Source of the DNA: Escherichia phage vB_EcoM_PD205 | Sequence record: ON922919 | Strand: one strand, 5' to 3' | DNA: 64,000 nt | Shown here: positions 15,981 to 26,965 of the stretch, piece after piece | How the letters are laid out: every line of letters begins with the position of its first letter | Numbering within the stretch: the stretch's first letter is position 1 | The notes under the pieces: generated by a model | Seen by the model: the letters and a program-made list of their open reading frames with translations, nothing else | Databases searched by the model: none | What the model was told of the DNA's origin: nothing | Made by a program: the position numbers and the translations under genes

Positions 15981-18314
15981 ATGAAAGACATGTTCGCTCA
16001 AGGTGGTTCTGGTTCTGCTGGAATCAAAACCAACAAACAAGCTATAGCTAGACACTTTGGTGTTAAGCAATCTGATGTTGTTTATTTCTCTCCCGGTGTT
16101 CCTCTTACCGGATACAAAGTTATTTACGACAAAGAGTCGCAGCGTGCTTACTCATTACCTACTGACATTGGTTCTAGGGTTACTGCTGTAAGTCTTAGTA
16201 CTGCTGGGGTATTGGTTCACTCTGCTGGTAATGTGGACTTGGGTGAATTGGCTGTTACTCGTGGGGAGTATGTGACCTTACCTGGTTCATTCGATACAGG
16301 TGTAACTGTTAATACTAAGAATGAATTGGTTGTCTTTGCTGATGGTAAGTATCGCTGGGACGGGGAGCTTCCCAAAGTAGTGCCTGCTGATTCAACTCCA
16401 GACAGCACTGGTGAGGTTAAATTAGGAGCGTGGGTTGGTGTTGGTGATGCTGCTTTGAGAGGTGATATAGCAAAATTTGATTATAAAGATAAATCATTTG
16501 AAGACTCACTATTAAAAAGACCTTACATTTTTGAGTCAGTATCGGAAATGATTGCTGCTGATTTCACTGGCGTCAAAGATGGCGCTGTAGTTAAAACTTT
16601 AAAAAATGAATTTGGTTTAACATGTGAATCAACATGGCGAATAGCATCTTCTCAATTAGAAACCACCTATAACGTTAGCGTTTCAGGAGGCAGATACGCA
16701 CAACTAGTCATTGAACCTGAAATGTCTTTTGCATCTTTCGGATTTGGTGGCAACGACATACAAAATGCGGCTGCCGTTACAGAGGGCAACCGAGTAGCTA
16801 GGGCGAACCCTATTATGCACACACTGCGATTCCCTGCTGGTGCATTTAATATTGGAGCGTTCACTCTTGATGTGGACCGTCGTGGATTTACTTGGGACGG
16901 GGCTGGATGGGATGGTACATACCTAACTTCTACGTCAAACGGTATATCCATGCATCATATTCTTATCGACCCTAGAAACCGTGCTAGAGACCGAGACCAT
17001 TATTACCAAACAGTTAAAGGTTTTACTATTGACGGCAATATCTCCGGCGTGGGGTCAGCCGCCGCTCAACGAACTGTGTGTTCAGCGCACTACTCTAATA
17101 TTGCGTACAAATCCGTAGGCCATATTTTGTCTAACGTTGACCTTTGTGGATTAGTAATTAATTGGAGGGGACTCACTGGAGGCAGAACTGTCGGCGCCAC
17201 TAGAACCAGTAGGAGTGTGCGCGCAAGGTATAACTCCATAAAGATTGATGGATATATCGGAGGTTCCACTGATAATGCGGTGGCTCTTGAGATAAACGGC
17301 CCGATCACCACTTTGGCTGCTGCCGCAAATATCGGCGATACTACGATAACGGTGTCCTCCGCGGTTGGATTTAGCGTCCACGACATCATCGAGATTGCTG
17401 GCGGAACACTTGACGCCAAAATAATCATCGGGATTTCCGGCAACACACTTACACTTGATAGTGGACTGAATAACGCCCACACTAACGCGGCAACTGTGAG
17501 AGTCCCTGTATTCGGCACATCGGTTACCGGAACCATAGAGGTAGGGCAGATTCAGATAGGTAACTCAAACGGCACTGAATTACGGGGCGCTTACGCAGAA
17601 CAGAGTAAAATCTACATTTACGGATGGCCGAGCGCACTGGAAATCCACGGTAACACACTTGGCCAAGCTGCGCCGCAGATTCAAATTGACCAAGTTAATC
17701 GCCTGTCAACCATCAGGATTGTTTGTAACGATACAGCGTTTCCTATAGCCGTTAACGTTGCGGAGAGAGCCACTGGTGCGGTTAATGCTAACTTAGACCT
17801 TTATAACTTCCCTGAACTTGATATTAGTCAGAACACTCGCGCTCAAAGCAGTATCCTGGTAAATGGAATTTATCCGTTTAAATCACTGCGTACTGAGCGA
17901 TTCTATGATTCGTCAATAAATGACCGCGCTTTCACTAGTTTTAAATTCACTGGGTTTTCGGCAACACAAAACCCGGCGACATCGACGGAGATATTACGAT
18001 TCGCACAAGACGCTGCCCTACGTGGATATGACGGTCACTCATATAGTATCAGTGCCACAATTAGACGTAACACAGGTCTTTCTGGGCTTATAGAGCGTAA
18101 AGGACAAACATCCAATATAGGTGGCGTTATCTCAGATACGACCACAGAAGCATCAAGGACGCTCAGTAGCTATGCGTTCTTCGACCCCACTAATGGCATG
18201 GATATTTTAATCGGCAGTAACACAGGTAGGATGGGAATTGTGCTTAAAGGGGAGCCTTCCAGTGGGCAAGCAATTAAGGCCATGATTAGTGGTGAAATTG
18301 TGAGTGTCATTTAA
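15981..18314 (+). CDS. tailspike / receptor-binding protein with probable right-handed beta-helix C-terminal domain
   Basis: 777 aa; repetitive Gly/Asn/Thr-rich segments (GFTIDGNISGVG, IKIDGYIGGSTDNAV, IEIAGGTLDAKIIIGISGNTLTLDSG) typical of beta-helix spikes; C-terminal two thirds looks GC-richer by eye. Confidence 0.5.
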   Translation: MKDMFAQGGSGSAGIKTNKQAIARHFGVKQSDVVYFSPGVPLTGYKVIYDKESQRAYSLPTDIGSRVTAVSLSTAGVLVHSAGNVDLGELAVTRGEYVTLPGSFDTGVTVNTKNELVVFADGKYRWDGELPKVVPADSTPDSTGEVKLGAWVGVGDAALRGDIAKFDYKDKSFEDSLLKRPYIFESVSEMIAADFTGVKDGAVVKTLKNEFGLTCESTWRIASSQLETTYNVSVSGGRYAQLVIEPEMSFASFGFGGNDIQNAAAVTEGNRVARANPIMHTLRFPAGAFNIGAFTLDVDRRGFTWDGAGWDGTYLTSTSNGISMHHILIDPRNRARDRDHYYQTVKGFTIDGNISGVGSAAAQRTVCSAHYSNIAYKSVGHILSNVDLCGLVINWRGLTGGRTVGATRTSRSVRARYNSIKIDGYIGGSTDNAVALEINGPITTLAAAANIGDTTITVSSAVGFSVHDIIEIAGGTLDAKIIIGISGNTLTLDSGLNNAHTNAATVRVPVFGTSVTGTIEVGQIQIGNSNGTELRGAYAEQSKIYIYGWPSALEIHGNTLGQAAPQIQIDQVNRLSTIRIVCNDTAFPIAVNVAERATGAVNANLDLYNFPELDISQNTRAQSSILVNGIYPFKSLRTERFYDSSINDRAFTSFKFTGFSATQNPATSTEILRFAQDAALRGYDGHSYSISATIRRNTGLSGLIERKGQTSNIGGVISDTTTEASRTLSSYAFFDPTNGMDILIGSNTGRMGIVLKGEPSSGQAIKAMISGEIVSVI

Positions 18315-18327
18315 CTAGATAAAACTA

Positions 18328-18352
18328 AGGCCCCAAATGGGGCCTTTTCTTA
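18328..18352 (+). terminator. rho-independent terminator (AGGCCCC-AAAU-GGGGCCU + UUUUCUU)
   Basis: 7 bp GC-rich stem 18328..18345 followed by T-tract; 14 nt after tailspike stop. Confidence 0.65.
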
Positions 18353-18565
18353 TATAGAGTTTACTGTTTGCATTACCCTAACCGATACTGCTGTTAGGAT
18401 GATTACTTGCCCAAATATGTTAAACATGCCCAATTGAATACCATCTACCACGGATTGATACCAGACACTATGTCTGGATGTACCTCATCATACTAAGTAT
18501 TATCTAAGAGTCATCTTATGATATGACCCTATTGGGGATTCTAACTACACAACTACGGTAATATT

Positions 18566-18895
18566 ATGAATGAATCTGGTGAGCTGCTCCTAGTCAGACT
18601 GGAGGAACGATTGAAGACTCTGTTTGAGAACCAGACGAGAGACAGGCAGGACCGAGAGAAACTGGAGGAAACTCTGGTAGAACTACGGGATTCAATCAAC
18701 GACATAGGCAATAGACTAAAAAATGTGGAGGATAGTTTAGCTAAGAACGAACCTACTATTGAAGAGTTCATCACCATTAAGCATAAAGTTGTTGGTGCAG
18801 GAATTTTTGGTAAGTGGGTGTGGGCTGGGGCAGGTGCAATTATTGGTGTATTAGCTGCTGCAAGACGGGAGATATTCGCATGGTTCGCAGGCTGA
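18566..18895 (+). CDS. hypothetical membrane protein (N-terminal coiled-coil, C-terminal TM helix); possible lysis-associated protein
   Basis: 109 aa; C-terminal VGAGIFGKWVWAGAGAIIGVLAAA hydrophobic segment; first gene of lysis cluster. Confidence 0.35.
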   Translation: MNESGELLLVRLEERLKTLFENQTRDRQDREKLEETLVELRDSINDIGNRLKNVEDSLAKNEPTIEEFITIKHKVVGAGIFGKWVWAGAGAIIGVLAAARREIFAWFAG

Positions 18896-19140
18896 AAAGA
18901 AAGGTAGAGTTAGTACCTAACTGGAAAAGATGCTGGAAGTGGGCATCCATTCAGATTAGTACGCTTGGGTTAATTATGTTTTCTGCCATAGATATCATTC
19001 AACCAATGCTGACAGGATTACCTCGTCACATCCTGGAAGATATTCCCCATGGTTCCAATATTGCAATCGCACTGTTTGCCCTAAATATTGTAGGCAGATT
19101 AATACGATTCCGACCAAAGGAAGATTCACATGAAAGCTAA
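18880..19140 (+). CDS. putative holin (two predicted TM helices)
   Basis: In-frame ATG 18880 within ORF-track ORF 18814..19140 (GGGAG RBS; overlaps upstream stop); hydrophobic stretches WKWASIQISTLGLIMFSAIDIIQP and IAIALFALNIVGRLIRF; immediately upstream of endolysin. Confidence 0.4.
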   Translation: MVRRLKRKVELVPNWKRCWKWASIQISTLGLIMFSAIDIIQPMLTGLPRHILEDIPHGSNIAIALFALNIVGRLIRFRPKEDSHES

Positions 19141-19765
19141 ACAGAAACTTGCTGCGAAAGGTGGTGCAGTGGGAGGAGTTGTCGCTGCTATCCTGGGGGC
19201 AGTGTTTTATATGGAAGGGGGATACGTAAACAACCCTCGTGACCCAGGTGGAGAAACTAATCATGGCATTACCCAATCGGTAGCTAAGACTCATAAAGAA
19301 GTTCTGGCTACTGAGTATGGTTGGGATGGTTCTATGAAAGGTTTATCTAAAGAGATGGCTGCTGAGATATACATTGATGACTACGTACTTAAGCCTAATT
19401 TCGTAGCCTTCGCTGATATATCTCCTGCTGTAACACACAAGCTGGTAGATGCTGGTGTTAACACTGGTGTAACCCGTCCTGCTAAGTGGTTGCAGCAATC
19501 TCTTAATGAAATGTCCCGTGATGGCAAAGACTACCCTAAAATACAGGTTGATGGTAAAGTCGGTACAAGTACTGTTAATGCATATAAAGCATTACAGAAA
19601 AAACGAGGCAAAGTTGCAGCATGTCAGGTAATGATTAAGTTACTCGATGCCAAACAACTGAACCACTACACCTCATTAAACATGTCAGACTTTACGTATG
19701 GTTGGGTAGCTAACCGAATAGGCAATGTGCCACTGGAGGCATGTAATGAAGATGCTAATCTCTAA
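19130..19765 (+). CDS. SAR endolysin, GH108-type N-acetylmuramidase
   Basis: 211 aa; N-terminal Gly/Ala-rich weakly hydrophobic segment (KLAAKGGAVGGVVAAILGAVFY) typical of signal-anchor-release domains; EGGYVNNPRDPGGETNHGIT matches recalled GH108 motif; AAGGAAG RBS. Confidence 0.7.
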   Translation: MKAKQKLAAKGGAVGGVVAAILGAVFYMEGGYVNNPRDPGGETNHGITQSVAKTHKEVLATEYGWDGSMKGLSKEMAAEIYIDDYVLKPNFVAFADISPAVTHKLVDAGVNTGVTRPAKWLQQSLNEMSRDGKDYPKIQVDGKVGTSTVNAYKALQKKRGKVAACQVMIKLLDAKQLNHYTSLNMSDFTYGWVANRIGNVPLEACNEDANL

Positions 19766-20252
19766 AGGTTGGCCTTATCTTCTGGTGGTGGTCCTAGGGG
19801 CCACCATTTACTTTTGGGGTAACTCCAATGGACAGTCCACTGTTCAAAAGAAGTGGGATGACCAAAAGGTTGAAGATCAAAAGGCACTACAAAAATTACA
19901 GGACAAATACAATGCTCTCCAAAGAAACCATAGTTATGAAGTCGGGTTACTCACTTCCCGGTTGCAGACGGCTGAGAGTAATTATGCAAGCGAGCTTGCT
20001 CGCGTTAGCAGTGATTACGACAGCCGGATGCAACAGTCTGAAAGACGAGCATCGGTATATAAACGTCAAGCCGAAGCCGGAACCTTTGAGTGCAGAAGTC
20101 TTGCAAGCCATGCAGCCAGACTCGACAACAGTCTTGAAGAAGGCAGACGTTTGGTTGAAGAACTCAGGGCAACTGTTAGACTCCGTGACAGCCAACTAAT
20201 TGAGTTGGGTAAACAGATTCAGGCTGACCGTAAACTTTTTGAACAGGAATAA
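19746..20252 (+). CDS. i-spanin (Rz-like)
   Basis: ORF track 19725..20252; ATG 19746 with GGAGG RBS; N-terminal TM ([25 protein letters not shown]) followed by coiled-coil-like charged region. Confidence 0.55.
   Translation: MKMLISKGWPYLLVVVLGATIYFWGNSNGQSTVQKKWDDQKVEDQKALQKLQDKYNALQRNHSYEVGLLTSRLQTAESNYASELARVSSDYDSRMQQSERRASVYKRQAEAGTFECRSLASHAARLDNSLEEGRRLVEELRATVRLRDSQLIELGKQIQADRKLFEQE
19936..20199 (+). CDS. o-spanin (Rz1-like lipoprotein) embedded in +1 frame of i-spanin
   Basis: Within ORF 19828..20199; lipoprotein signal with lipobox ([12 protein letters not shown]); alternative start ATG 19984; GC-rich local composition. Confidence 0.5.
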   Translation: MKSGYSLPGCRRLRVIMQASLLALAVITTAGCNSLKDEHRYINVKPKPEPLSAEVLQAMQPDSTTVLKKADVWLKNSGQLLDSVTAN

Positions 20253-20254
20253 CT

Positions 20255-22525
20255 ATGGAACACCAAGACACTTTTAAGCCTTTACCAGACCCGGCTCAAT
20301 CAGAGAAGTTAACGGACTGGAAGAAGGAACCAAGTATCCAATTACTGAAAGGTGATTTGGAATCAGCTAAACCTGCTCACGATGCAATCATGGCACAGAT
20401 TCGTGAATGGAATGACTTGATGGAAGTTAAGGGTAAGGCTAAACCCCCAAAGGTTAAGGGTCGCTCACAAGTCCAACCTAGACTGGTTCGCCGTCAGGCA
20501 GAATGGCGTTATGCACCATTGTCTGAACCATTCCTCTCATCTAATAAACTCTTTAAGGTAACTCCTGTTACTTTTGAGGATGAGTTGGCTGCTCGTCAGA
20601 ATGAATTAGTTCTTAACTACCAATTCCGTACCCAGCTTAATAAAGTAAAACTGGTGGATGATTACGTACATAGTGTCGTAGATGACGGTACTGGTATTGC
20701 TCGTATTGGTTGGGAACGTAAGACTGTTAAGATTAAAACAGAAACCCCAGTATTCCAGCTGTATCCAATTGAGAACCAGGAACAAGCAGATATTCTTCAG
20801 CAGGCTTTACAGCTTCAGGCAGAGAATCCCCGTGAGTATGATGAAACAATGCCGGAAGATATTAAGGAAGCTGTTAATTACTTCAATGAAACTGGAGAAG
20901 CTACTTATGCAATCCAGACTGGAGTTACTGAGGTAGAAGTAGAGAAGGCACTGGTTAACAGACCTACTGTTGAAATGCTTAATCCTAATAACGTAGTTAT
21001 TGACCCGAGTTGTAATGGGGATTTGGATAAGGCTCTATATGCAGTTATCTCATTTGAGACATGCAAAGCAGACCTCATGAAGAACAAAGATCGTTACCAT
21101 AACCTGGATAAGATTGACTGGGAAAGTTCTAGTCCTATGACTGACCCAGACCATGAAAGTAAAACACCAAGTGACTTCCAATTTAAAGATGCACTTCGTA
21201 AGAAAGTAGTTGCTTATGAGTACTGGGGATTCTACGACATTAACGATGATGGTTCACTGGAACCGATTGTTGCTACCTGGATTGGTTCTACTCTTATTCG
21301 TATGGAGAAGAACCCATTCCCGGATGGTAAGTTGCCTTTGGTAGTTGTTCCTTATATGCCACGTAAACGTGAACTCTTTGGTGAAGCTGATGCTGAACTA
21401 CTAGGAGATAACCAAGCAATTCTTGGTGCAACCATGCGTGGGATGATTGACCTGTTAGGTCGAAGTGCAAATGGACAGCGTGGTTATCCTAAGGGGATGT
21501 TAGATACCCTAAACCGTCGTCGATATGATGATGGACAAGACTATGAATACAACCCAATGCAGGGCAATCCTAGTCAGGCCATTATAGAACATAAGTTCCC
21601 TGAGTTACCTCAGTCGGCAATAGTAATGACTCAGATGCAGAACCAGGAAGCAGAAGCACTAACTGGTGTTAAAGCATTCTCAGGTGGTGTAACTGGTGCA
21701 GCTTACGGAGATGTAGCTGCTGGTATTCGTGGTGCACTCGATGCAGCATCCAAACGTGAGATGGCAATCCTTCGTCGATTAGCTAAGGGTATGGCAGACA
21801 TTGGTACTAAGATTTGTGCAATGAATGCTGTGTTCTTATCTGAGAAGGAAGTAGTACGTATTACTAATGAACAGTATGTAGAAATTAACCGAGAAGACCT
21901 TAAAGGTAACTTCGATATTGAAGTTGATATTAATACTGCTGAAATTGATAACCAGAAGTCACAGGACTTGAGCTTCATGGTTCAAACATTAGGTAATACA
22001 GTTGACCAGTCTATTACGTTATCTCTTGTAGCTAAGATTGCAGAACTCAAACGTATGCCTGACCTTGCTCATGAATTACGTACCTGGCGACCACAACCAG
22101 ACCCTATGGAAGAACAGCTTAAGCAGTTGGCAATTCAGAAAGCCCAGCTTGAGAATGAAGAGTTGAAAAGTAAAATTGCACTTAATAATGCTAAGGCTAA
22201 AGAAGCTATTTCTAGTGGTGACCTTAAAGACCTGGATTATCTTGAACAGGAATCTGGTACTAAACATGCTCGTGATATGGAGAAACAAAAAGCACAATCA
22301 CAAGGAAACCAGAACCTTCAAATAACTAAGGCGTTGACAACACCTACTAAAGAAGGTGAAACTACCCCCAACATATCTGCTGCTGTCGGATATAACGCTT
22401 TGACTAACGGGAACTCTTTACAGGAACGTGACTTAGCTGCACAGCAAGACCCGACTTATTCACTTAGTTCCCAACATTATGACCCTAGCCAAGACCCAGC
22501 ATCGGCTCTTGGTATGAACTTATAA
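20255..22525 (+). CDS. portal protein
   Basis: 756 aa; AGGAA RBS; size and position (between lysis genes and scaffold/capsid) fit N4-like portal; assignment by synteny and size, no search run. Confidence 0.7.
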   Translation: MEHQDTFKPLPDPAQSEKLTDWKKEPSIQLLKGDLESAKPAHDAIMAQIREWNDLMEVKGKAKPPKVKGRSQVQPRLVRRQAEWRYAPLSEPFLSSNKLFKVTPVTFEDELAARQNELVLNYQFRTQLNKVKLVDDYVHSVVDDGTGIARIGWERKTVKIKTETPVFQLYPIENQEQADILQQALQLQAENPREYDETMPEDIKEAVNYFNETGEATYAIQTGVTEVEVEKALVNRPTVEMLNPNNVVIDPSCNGDLDKALYAVISFETCKADLMKNKDRYHNLDKIDWESSSPMTDPDHESKTPSDFQFKDALRKKVVAYEYWGFYDINDDGSLEPIVATWIGSTLIRMEKNPFPDGKLPLVVVPYMPRKRELFGEADAELLGDNQAILGATMRGMIDLLGRSANGQRGYPKGMLDTLNRRRYDDGQDYEYNPMQGNPSQAIIEHKFPELPQSAIVMTQMQNQEAEALTGVKAFSGGVTGAAYGDVAAGIRGALDAASKREMAILRRLAKGMADIGTKICAMNAVFLSEKEVVRITNEQYVEINREDLKGNFDIEVDINTAEIDNQKSQDLSFMVQTLGNTVDQSITLSLVAKIAELKRMPDLAHELRTWRPQPDPMEEQLKQLAIQKAQLENEELKSKIALNNAKAKEAISSGDLKDLDYLEQESGTKHARDMEKQKAQSQGNQNLQITKALTTPTKEGETTPNISAAVGYNALTNGNSLQERDLAAQQDPTYSLSSQHYDPSQDPASALGMNL

Positions 22526-22538
22526 GGCAGACCTTCAC

Positions 22539-22883
22539 ATGAGTAAAGAATCAACAATCGCAGGACTGGAACATCGACTGGAAGCTGCTAAAGGTGCAGT
22601 TGCACACGCAGAGGATGTACGTAAACTTCTGGAGAATCCACTGTTCCGTAAAGTAATCCTTCGCCAGTTCTGTGTAGAAGATTGTGCACGTTACGTGCAG
22701 GAGTCTGGTGACCCACTGCTTGAACCTAATAACCGTGCAGATGCACTGAATATGGCCCAAGCTGCTGGTCACTTACGTCGTTGGCTCGACCTCGCCATTC
22801 GTATGGGTGAGAATGAGGCTGACGTTATTCTACAGGTAGAAGAAGAACTCGACGCAGTTCGTGCTGAACCTGAAGACGAATAA
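22539..22883 (+). CDS. hypothetical protein
   Basis: 114 aa ORF between portal and scaffold. Confidence 0.4.
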   Translation: MSKESTIAGLEHRLEAAKGAVAHAEDVRKLLENPLFRKVILRQFCVEDCARYVQESGDPLLEPNNRADALNMAQAAGHLRRWLDLAIRMGENEADVILQVEEELDAVRAEPEDE

Positions 22884-22902
22884 TTAACCGGAGATATTTC
22901 CT

Positions 22903-24123
22903 ATGACTACGGAAGCTGCAACCACAGCTTCCGACATTCTCGCAATGTCGGATGATGAGATTCTGAATATGGAAGCCCCAGCTATTATTGCTGAGGAAGA
23001 TACTTCCACTCAGAACAACCCAGAAACCAACGGCGTACAGACTCCTGATGAAGAAGTTGACCCCTCTGCTGTTGAAGACCTACCAACCGAAGAAACCTCC
23101 ACTGAAACTGAACCAGTTGAAGATGATTCAGCAAATTCTTTAACTTCTGATAAAGTTGATGATAAAGTTGTTGACACAGAAGTTGATAGTAACGGTAAGC
23201 CGATTACTAAAGCTGAACCTTCTACTGCTGAACCAGGCCAGGAACAGAAAGAAGAAGGCAAACAGTCTGAAGGTCTGCCTGCTGACTTCAACTATAAGGA
23301 AGGTTATGAGAAGTTGATGGCTCCTTTTAAAGCTAACGGCAAAATGATTACTCCCCGTTCACCGGAGGAGGCCATTAGCCTGATGCAGATGGGTGCTAAC
23401 TATACTCGTAAGATGCAAGAACTTCAGCCGTACCGTAAGGTAATGCTGATGTTACAGAACAACGGTTTAATGGATGAGGAAAAACTTTCTTTCCTGATTG
23501 ACCTGGATAAGAAGAATCCTGAAGCCATTAAAAAGTTGTTGAAAGACTCTGGTACAGATCCTCTGGACTTTAATCCAGAAGAGGAAATTAACTACCAGGG
23601 TGGCAAACACCGTGTTACAGACACCGAAGCAGATTTTGCAACCGAAATTGACGACTTAAAGTCTACTCAAGAAGGACAAGCTACATTAGGTGTTATTAGT
23701 TCGACATGGGATGCTGCCAGTAAAGATGCTCTTTATCAGAATCGTGGCTTACTCCACACCATTCACGAACAGCGTGAGAATGGTATTTATGACACCATTG
23801 CTAATGAAGTGAATCGTCTTCAGGTGTTAGGTCAGATTCCGGTAGGTACTCCGTTTATTCAGGCTTATAACTATGTTGGTAACCTCCTTGCACAGCAAGG
23901 AGCATTTAACCAAGTAGCTAAGCCTGAACCGGTACAAGCAGTTAAACCAGCAGTTCAGCCGGTAGTGCGTGTAGCACAACCTAAGCAGACTCTGGCTAAC
24001 AGTGAGCAAGCTAAAGCAGCTTCCCTTAATCGGGCTGCTACACGTAAAGCAACACCTATTGTAAACCCACTCGCTATGAGTGATGAAGATTTCGCTAAAC
24101 TCCCAGTACCGGGTAGTCTTTAA
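22903..24123 (+). CDS. putative scaffolding protein
   Basis: 406 aa, highly acidic N-terminal half, immediately upstream of major capsid gene; GGAGA RBS. Confidence 0.45.
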   Translation: MTTEAATTASDILAMSDDEILNMEAPAIIAEEDTSTQNNPETNGVQTPDEEVDPSAVEDLPTEETSTETEPVEDDSANSLTSDKVDDKVVDTEVDSNGKPITKAEPSTAEPGQEQKEEGKQSEGLPADFNYKEGYEKLMAPFKANGKMITPRSPEEAISLMQMGANYTRKMQELQPYRKVMLMLQNNGLMDEEKLSFLIDLDKKNPEAIKKLLKDSGTDPLDFNPEEEINYQGGKHRVTDTEADFATEIDDLKSTQEGQATLGVISSTWDAASKDALYQNRGLLHTIHEQRENGIYDTIANEVNRLQVLGQIPVGTPFIQAYNYVGNLLAQQGAFNQVAKPEPVQAVKPAVQPVVRVAQPKQTLANSEQAKAASLNRAATRKATPIVNPLAMSDEDFAKLPVPGSL

Positions 24124-24139
24124 ACAGGAATGAGATGAT

Positions 24140-25342
24140 ATGTTAAACTATAACGCTCCAATTGACGGTCAGAAATCTAGCATTGATGGTGCTGGCTCCG
24201 ACCAGATGAATACCTATTACTGGCTGAAGAAAGCTATTATTCAGTCCCGTAAAGACCAGTATTTCATGCCTCTGGCTAACACCGTTAACATGCCGAAGAA
24301 CTACGGTAAGACTGTTAAGGTGTATGAGTACGTTCCTCTGCTCGACGATAAGAACATTAATGACCAGGGTATTGATGCTAATGGTGCTACCATCGTTAAC
24401 GGTAACCTGTACGGTTCTTCCAAAGACGTTGGTAACATCACTTCTAAACTGCCCCTGCTGTCAGAGAACGGTGGTCGTGTTAACCGTGTAGGCTTTACTC
24501 GTCTGGCTCGTGAAGGTTCTATTCACAAGTTCGGCTTCTTCTACGAATTTACCCAAGAGTCTCTGGACTTTGATTCTGATGACCAACTGAAAGAACACCT
24601 GTCCCGTGAACTGATGAACGGTGCCGTACAGTTGACTGAAGCTGTTCTCCAGAAAGATCTGCTGGCTGCTGCTGGTACTGTACTGTATGCAGGTGCTGCT
24701 GTCTCTGATGCTACCATCACCGGTGAAGGTTCTACCCCGTCTGTAGTTTCTTATAAGAACCTGATGCGTCTTGACCAGATTCTTACTGAGAACCGTACCC
24801 CGACCCAGACTACTATCATCACTGGTTCTAAACTGACAGATACCAAAGTACTTGGTGGTACTCGTGTAATGTACGTAGGTTCTGAACTGGTTCCAGAACT
24901 GAAAGCGATGAAAGACTTGTTCGGTAACAAAGCATTCATCGAAGTTCAGCACTATGCTGATGCTGGTACTCTGATGAATGGTGAAATCGGTTGTATTGAT
25001 AAGTTCCGTATTATCCAGGTTCCAGAGATGCTGCATTGGGCAGGTGCTGGTGCACAGGTTACTACTAACCCGGGTTACCGTACTTCTATGGTATCTGGTC
25101 AGGAGCACTATGACGTGTTCCCGATGCTGGTAGTTGGTGATGACTCCTTCTCTACCATTGGCTTCCAGACTGATGGTAAGTCTGTTAAGTTCACCATCAT
25201 GACTAAGATGCCGGGTAAAGAAACTGCTGACCGTAATGACCCGTATGGTGAAACTGGCTTCAGTTCTATCAAGTGGTACTATGGTATTCTGGTTAAACGT
25301 CCAGAACGTCTGGCTCTGATTAAGACTGTTGCTCCTCTGTAA
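24140..25342 (+). CDS. major capsid protein
   Basis: 400 aa; AGGAA RBS; strongly biased codon usage (long open antisense frame is a by-product); followed by hairpin; position after scaffold. Confidence 0.75.
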   Translation: MLNYNAPIDGQKSSIDGAGSDQMNTYYWLKKAIIQSRKDQYFMPLANTVNMPKNYGKTVKVYEYVPLLDDKNINDQGIDANGATIVNGNLYGSSKDVGNITSKLPLLSENGGRVNRVGFTRLAREGSIHKFGFFYEFTQESLDFDSDDQLKEHLSRELMNGAVQLTEAVLQKDLLAAAGTVLYAGAAVSDATITGEGSTPSVVSYKNLMRLDQILTENRTPTQTTIITGSKLTDTKVLGGTRVMYVGSELVPELKAMKDLFGNKAFIEVQHYADAGTLMNGEIGCIDKFRIIQVPEMLHWAGAGAQVTTNPGYRTSMVSGQEHYDVFPMLVVGDDSFSTIGFQTDGKSVKFTIMTKMPGKETADRNDPYGETGFSSIKWYYGILVKRPERLALIKTVAPL

Positions 25343-25360
25343 TAGTCCGAAATAAAACAA

Positions 25361-25378
25361 GGGGGACATAAGTCCCCC
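25361..25378 (+). terminator. terminator-like hairpin (GGGGGAC-AUAA-GUCCCCC) after capsid gene
   Basis: 7 bp stem 19 nt after stop; weak U-tract. Confidence 0.4.
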
Positions 25379-25409
25379 TCTTAATAAAACTAAATGAACC
25401 ACAGGAAAT

Positions 25410-26051
25410 ATGAACATGAGCATTAACGATAAACCGACCACTGACGTAGAAGTAAACGTACAGGGCAACGAAGATACCGTTAACGATATTGCAATGCCTA
25501 GCGAACTTGAAGTTCTTAAGCAACGTGCAACGTTGATGAATATCAAGTTCTCTAACAACATTTCCGTTGAGAAGCTTCGTGAGAAGATTGAAGCTGCACA
25601 AGTAAAAGATGAACCAGTAGTAGAAGAAGCTGCTGTTAACCCACTGGGTGCTAATCAAGAAGCCGGTGTTAAGAAGATGACACTAGGTCAGAAGATTCGT
25701 GCAGAACAGACTCGACTGATTCGTGTACGTATTCAGAACCTTGACCCTAAGAAGAAAGACCTGCCGGGTGAGATTATCACCGTAGCTAACGAATATATGG
25801 GTACTGTACGTAAGTTTGTTCCATTCGGTGAAGTGACCGACAATGGTTATCATATTCCGTACTGTATCTACGAGTTCCTTAAAGAACGTAAGTTCATCAA
25901 CATTACGACTCGTAAAGGTAAGAATGGCTTACCGGATATCCGTGCAACAGAAGCGCGTGAGTTCTCCATTGAAGTGCTGCCTCCGTTGACTGAAGCAGAA
26001 CTGGCTCAACTGGCTCAAGCACAGATTGCTGCTGGTAGCCTTAACGATTAA
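25410..26051 (+). CDS. hypothetical virion protein
   Basis: 213 aa; AGGAAA RBS. Confidence 0.4.
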   Translation: MNMSINDKPTTDVEVNVQGNEDTVNDIAMPSELEVLKQRATLMNIKFSNNISVEKLREKIEAAQVKDEPVVEEAAVNPLGANQEAGVKKMTLGQKIRAEQTRLIRVRIQNLDPKKKDLPGEIITVANEYMGTVRKFVPFGEVTDNGYHIPYCIYEFLKERKFINITTRKGKNGLPDIRATEAREFSIEVLPPLTEAELAQLAQAQIAAGSLND

Positions 26052-26072
26052 CGTATAAGCTACAGTTCAACA

Positions 26073-26109
26073 CGGCTCACTGGGGTAACTCCGTGGGCCG
26101 TTTCTTTTT
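26073..26109 (+). terminator. terminator-like hairpin (8 bp stem with one G-U pair) plus UUUCUUUUU
   Basis: CGGCTCAC ... GTGGGCCG followed by T-tract 26101..26109. Confidence 0.5.
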
Positions 26110-26127
26110 GAACCAAGAGGAATAACT

Positions 26128-26964
26128 ATGTCTTGTTCTGCTGAGGTAGAAGCTAACCGACTCCTAGAAGAGTTAACTAAGGGTGATGACTTTACCCTTC
26201 CTGATATTGATATGTCCGGCCCTGAATGGGATATCCCTGGTGGTGATGGTTCCCCAATCTTTGGTGCTATTGATAAAATATCTAATGAATCCCTTACTAC
26301 CCGTGAAGTAGGTGGTAGTGGTACGTTTGATGCATTAATGGAATCTGCACACAATCACCTTAAAGCTGAGTTTAAAGCTAACCGTATTACAGGTGGTGAA
26401 TATACCAAAGCATATATTGCTATGATGGAATCATGCATGAGCAATGCTGTACAGTTCTTACTTGGTCGTGACCAGGCATACTGGGCTGCTGCACTAGCAC
26501 AGATTCAGGCAGTTACTGCTCGTGTTACATTGGCAACCTCTAAGGCTCAGTTTGTACTAGCTAAGATTCAGACACTGTCTGCTAAGAGTGAATATGCTCT
26601 TACTAAGATGAAGATTGCTACTGAGTCTGAAACATACTGTGCTGCATTGTTTAACGCCAGTCAGATGTTACCTCAACAGCTTAAGCTGGTTACTGAGCAG
26701 ACCGAAGCACAACGTGCACAGACACTGGATACCCGTAGTGATGGAACCACTGTTACTGGTTCTGTAGGTAAACAGAAAGAGTTGTACTCCCAACAGATTA
26801 CTTCTTATCAACGGGATGCAGAAGTTAAAGCATCTAAGCTGTTTACTGATGCATGGATTACTCAGAAGACTATTGATGAAGGCTTGAATCCTCCTAATGG
26901 TTTCACTAACGCAAGTATTGATACCATTCTGACCAAGCTGAAGTCTAACAACGGGCTGAACTAA
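26128..26964 (+). CDS. hypothetical virion structural protein
   Basis: 278 aa; GAGGAA RBS. Confidence 0.4.
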   Translation: MSCSAEVEANRLLEELTKGDDFTLPDIDMSGPEWDIPGGDGSPIFGAIDKISNESLTTREVGGSGTFDALMESAHNHLKAEFKANRITGGEYTKAYIAMMESCMSNAVQFLLGRDQAYWAAALAQIQAVTARVTLATSKAQFVLAKIQTLSAKSEYALTKMKIATESETYCAALFNASQMLPQQLKLVTEQTEAQRAQTLDTRSDGTTVTGSVGKQKELYSQQITSYQRDAEVKASKLFTDAWITQKTIDEGLNPPNGFTNASIDTILTKLKSNNGLN

Positions 26965-26965
26965 T

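Noticed and set aside
17090-17536. Two overlapping minus-strand ORFs (148 and 109 aa) inside the tailspike gene
   Set aside because: Arise in the GC-richer tailspike segment where stop codons are rarer; Pro/Ser-rich nonsense translation.
24461-25561. 366 aa minus-strand ORF antisense to the major capsid gene
   Set aside because: Low-complexity translation with no motifs; lies entirely within the strongly codon-biased capsid gene, whose bias suppresses antisense stop codons.
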